DNA of 14,514 nucleotides from a virus (Duplodnaviria; Heunggongvirae; Uroviricota; Caudoviricetes): the IMG/VR virus record IMGVR_UViG_2660238462_000002; one strand, given 5' to 3'. Numbering within the stretch: the stretch's first letter is position 1; each line of letters begins with the position of its first letter. Under the pieces are notes generated by a model. It searched no databases, was not told the origin of the DNA, and saw only the letters and a list, made by a program, of their open reading frames with translations. The position numbers were made by a program, and so were the translations under genes. This document shows positions 12,850-14,514 of this stretch, piece after piece.

Positions 12850-14514
12850 TTACTTATACGCCGACTGGTGAACACCAACCGCGCGACCAGACGGATCGTC
12901 CATTTTCTTGAACGCTTCATCCCATTCGATCGCTTTAGCGGAAGAACAAGCGACGGAAGGACCGCCCGGCACGCACTCAGCGGCGCTCGGAAGCGGGAAT
13001 AGTTCTTCAAAGATCTCCCGATACAAGTACGCTTCTTTAGAGGTTGGCGTGTTGTACGGGAAGCGGAAGCGGGCAGTTTCCAGTTGCTGATCAGAAACCT
13101 GCTGCGCAGCCACTTCTTTCAGGGTGTCGATCCAACTGTAACCGACGCCATCGGAGAACTGCTCTTTCTGCCGCCAGGCCACGCTTGCAGGCAGATACGC
13201 TTCAAAACATTCACGCAGGATGTGTTTTTCCATTTTGCCGTTACCGCACATTTTATCCTGTGGGTTAATACGCATCGCCACATCAAGGAATTTTTTGTCG
13301 AGGAACGGAACGCGTGCTTCCACGCCCCAGGCTGACATCGCTTTGTTGGCACGCGCGCAGTCATACATATGCAGGGCCAGCAGTTTACGCACCGTCTCTT
13401 CATGCAGTTCTTTGGCATTCGGTGCTTTGTGGAAGTAAAGATAACCGCCGAACACTTCATCAGAACCTTCACCGGACAGCACCATTTTAATGCCCATCGC
13501 CTTGATCTTACGCGACATTAAATACATCGGTGTTGAAGCGCGAATAGTGGTCACATCATAAGTTTCGATGTGGTAAATCACGTCGCGGATGGCATCCAGA
13601 CCTTCCTGTACAGTGAAGTGAATTTCGTGATGCACCGTGCCCAGATGGTTTGCCACTTCCTGGGCTGCTTTCAGATCCGGTGAACCCGGCAGACCTACAG
13701 CAAAGGAGTGTAACTGCGGCCACCAGGCTTCAGAGCGTTCCTGATCTTCCACGCGACGGGCTGCGTATTTCTTGGTGATAGCGGAAATAATTGAGGAATC
13801 CAGACCACCAGAAAGCAGCACACCGTAAGGCACATCAGACATCAGATGGCTTTTAACTGAATCTTCCAGTGCCTGACGCAGCTCGTTTTTGTCGGTCACG
13901 TTATCTTTCACCGCATCGTAGTCGAACCAGTCGCGATGATAGTAAGAACGGATTTCGCCGTCCTGGCTCCACAAATAGCTCCCCGCCGGGAACTCTTTAA
14001 TCGTGCGGCAAACTGGCACCAGCGCTTTCATTTCTGAGGCCACATACAGCTGACCGTGTTCGTCATACCCCATATACAGTGGGATGATCCCCAGATGGTC
14101 GCGACCAATCAGGTAGGCATCTTTTTCGCTGTCGTACAGTGCAAAGGCAAACATGCCCTGCAAGTCGTCGAGAAATTCCGGCCCTTTTTCCTGATACAGC
14201 GCGAGGATCACTTCACAGTCAGACCCGGTCTGGAACTGGTAACGATCGCCATATTCGGCGCGCAATGCCTGGTGGTTGTAGATTTCACCGTTTACCGCCA
14301 GTACGTGGGTTTTTTGTTGGTTGTAGAGAGGTTGCGCCCCCGCGTTAACGTCAACAATTGACAGACGTTCGTGGGCGAGAATGGCGTTATCGCTGGCATA
14401 AATACCGGACCAGTCCGGGCCACGATGACGCATCAGGCGTGACAGCTCGAGGGCTTTCTTACGCAGCTCAACTGCGTCTGTTTTGATATCGAATACGCCA
14501 AAAATTGAACACAT
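12850..14514 (-). CDS. asnB: Asparagine synthetase B (glutamine-hydrolysing), complete 554 aa
   Basis: N-terminal MCSIFGV (class II amidotransferase with Cys2), SGGLDSS PP-loop motif, full-length enterobacterial AsnB sequence. Start codon is at the last three bases of the window. Confidence 0.97.
   Translation of the reverse strand: MCSIFGVFDIKTDAVELRKKALELSRLMRHRGPDWSGIYASDNAILAHERLSIVDVNAGAQPLYNQQKTHVLAVNGEIYNHQALRAEYGDRYQFQTGSDCEVILALYQEKGPEFLDDLQGMFAFALYDSEKDAYLIGRDHLGIIPLYMGYDEHGQLYVASEMKALVPVCRTIKEFPAGSYLWSQDGEIRSYYHRDWFDYDAVKDNVTDKNELRQALEDSVKSHLMSDVPYGVLLSGGLDSSIISAITKKYAARRVEDQERSEAWWPQLHSFAVGLPGSPDLKAAQEVANHLGTVHHEIHFTVQEGLDAIRDVIYHIETYDVTTIRASTPMYLMSRKIKAMGIKMVLSGEGSDEVFGGYLYFHKAPNAKELHEETVRKLLALHMYDCARANKAMSAWGVEARVPFLDKKFLDVAMRINPQDKMCGNGKMEKHILRECFEAYLPASVAWRQKEQFSDGVGYSWIDTLKEVAAQQVSDQQLETARFRFPYNTPTSKEAYLYREIFEELFPLPSAAECVPGGPSVACSSAKAIEWDEAFKKMDDPSGRAVGVHQSAYK

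Noticed and set aside
12774-13010. 78-aa minus-strand ORF overlapping the asnB 3' end and terminator
   Set aside because: It overlaps the asnB coding sequence in another frame and runs through the terminator hairpin, with no SD.
1-14514. CRISPR array or other long tandem repeat arrays
   Set aside because: No repeat-spacer periodicity anywhere. The only tandem repeats are the short iterons and the 12-mer inside the replication gene.

Overview
This window is the left arm and early region of a Qin/Rac-like lambdoid prophage, running from the integrase (bases 2-1297) to a Q antiterminator gene that is cut off after 16 codons by a run of 10 N (12462-12471), followed by the host asnB gene (12850-14514, complete). 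The leftward operon reads as a dicBF-type operon on the minus strand: ydfA/B/C-like small genes, a long untranslated spacer carrying a DicF-like sRNA, dicB, ydfD, a large DEDDh exonuclease gene, xis and int. The immunity region has a cI-type repressor divergent from a Cro/YdaS-like gene and a YdaT-like gene, then a replication initiator gene with two embedded clusters of GTCACG iterons. Between the replication gene and the hok locus lies a variable stretch of small genes I cannot place in any family (8540-10500): a coupled pair with a zinc-ribbon protein, two overlapping very acidic mini-proteins, a disrupted ORF with poly-A slip sites, and an AT-rich small membrane protein. This stretch is my best candidate for an undescribed accessory system, but that is inference from position and composition only. 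It is followed by an apparently intact hok-type toxin locus with terminator, then a rem-like gene and a DUF968/HNH (YdfU-like) gene. All family assignments are from reading the translations and from recalled sequences; no database search was run.
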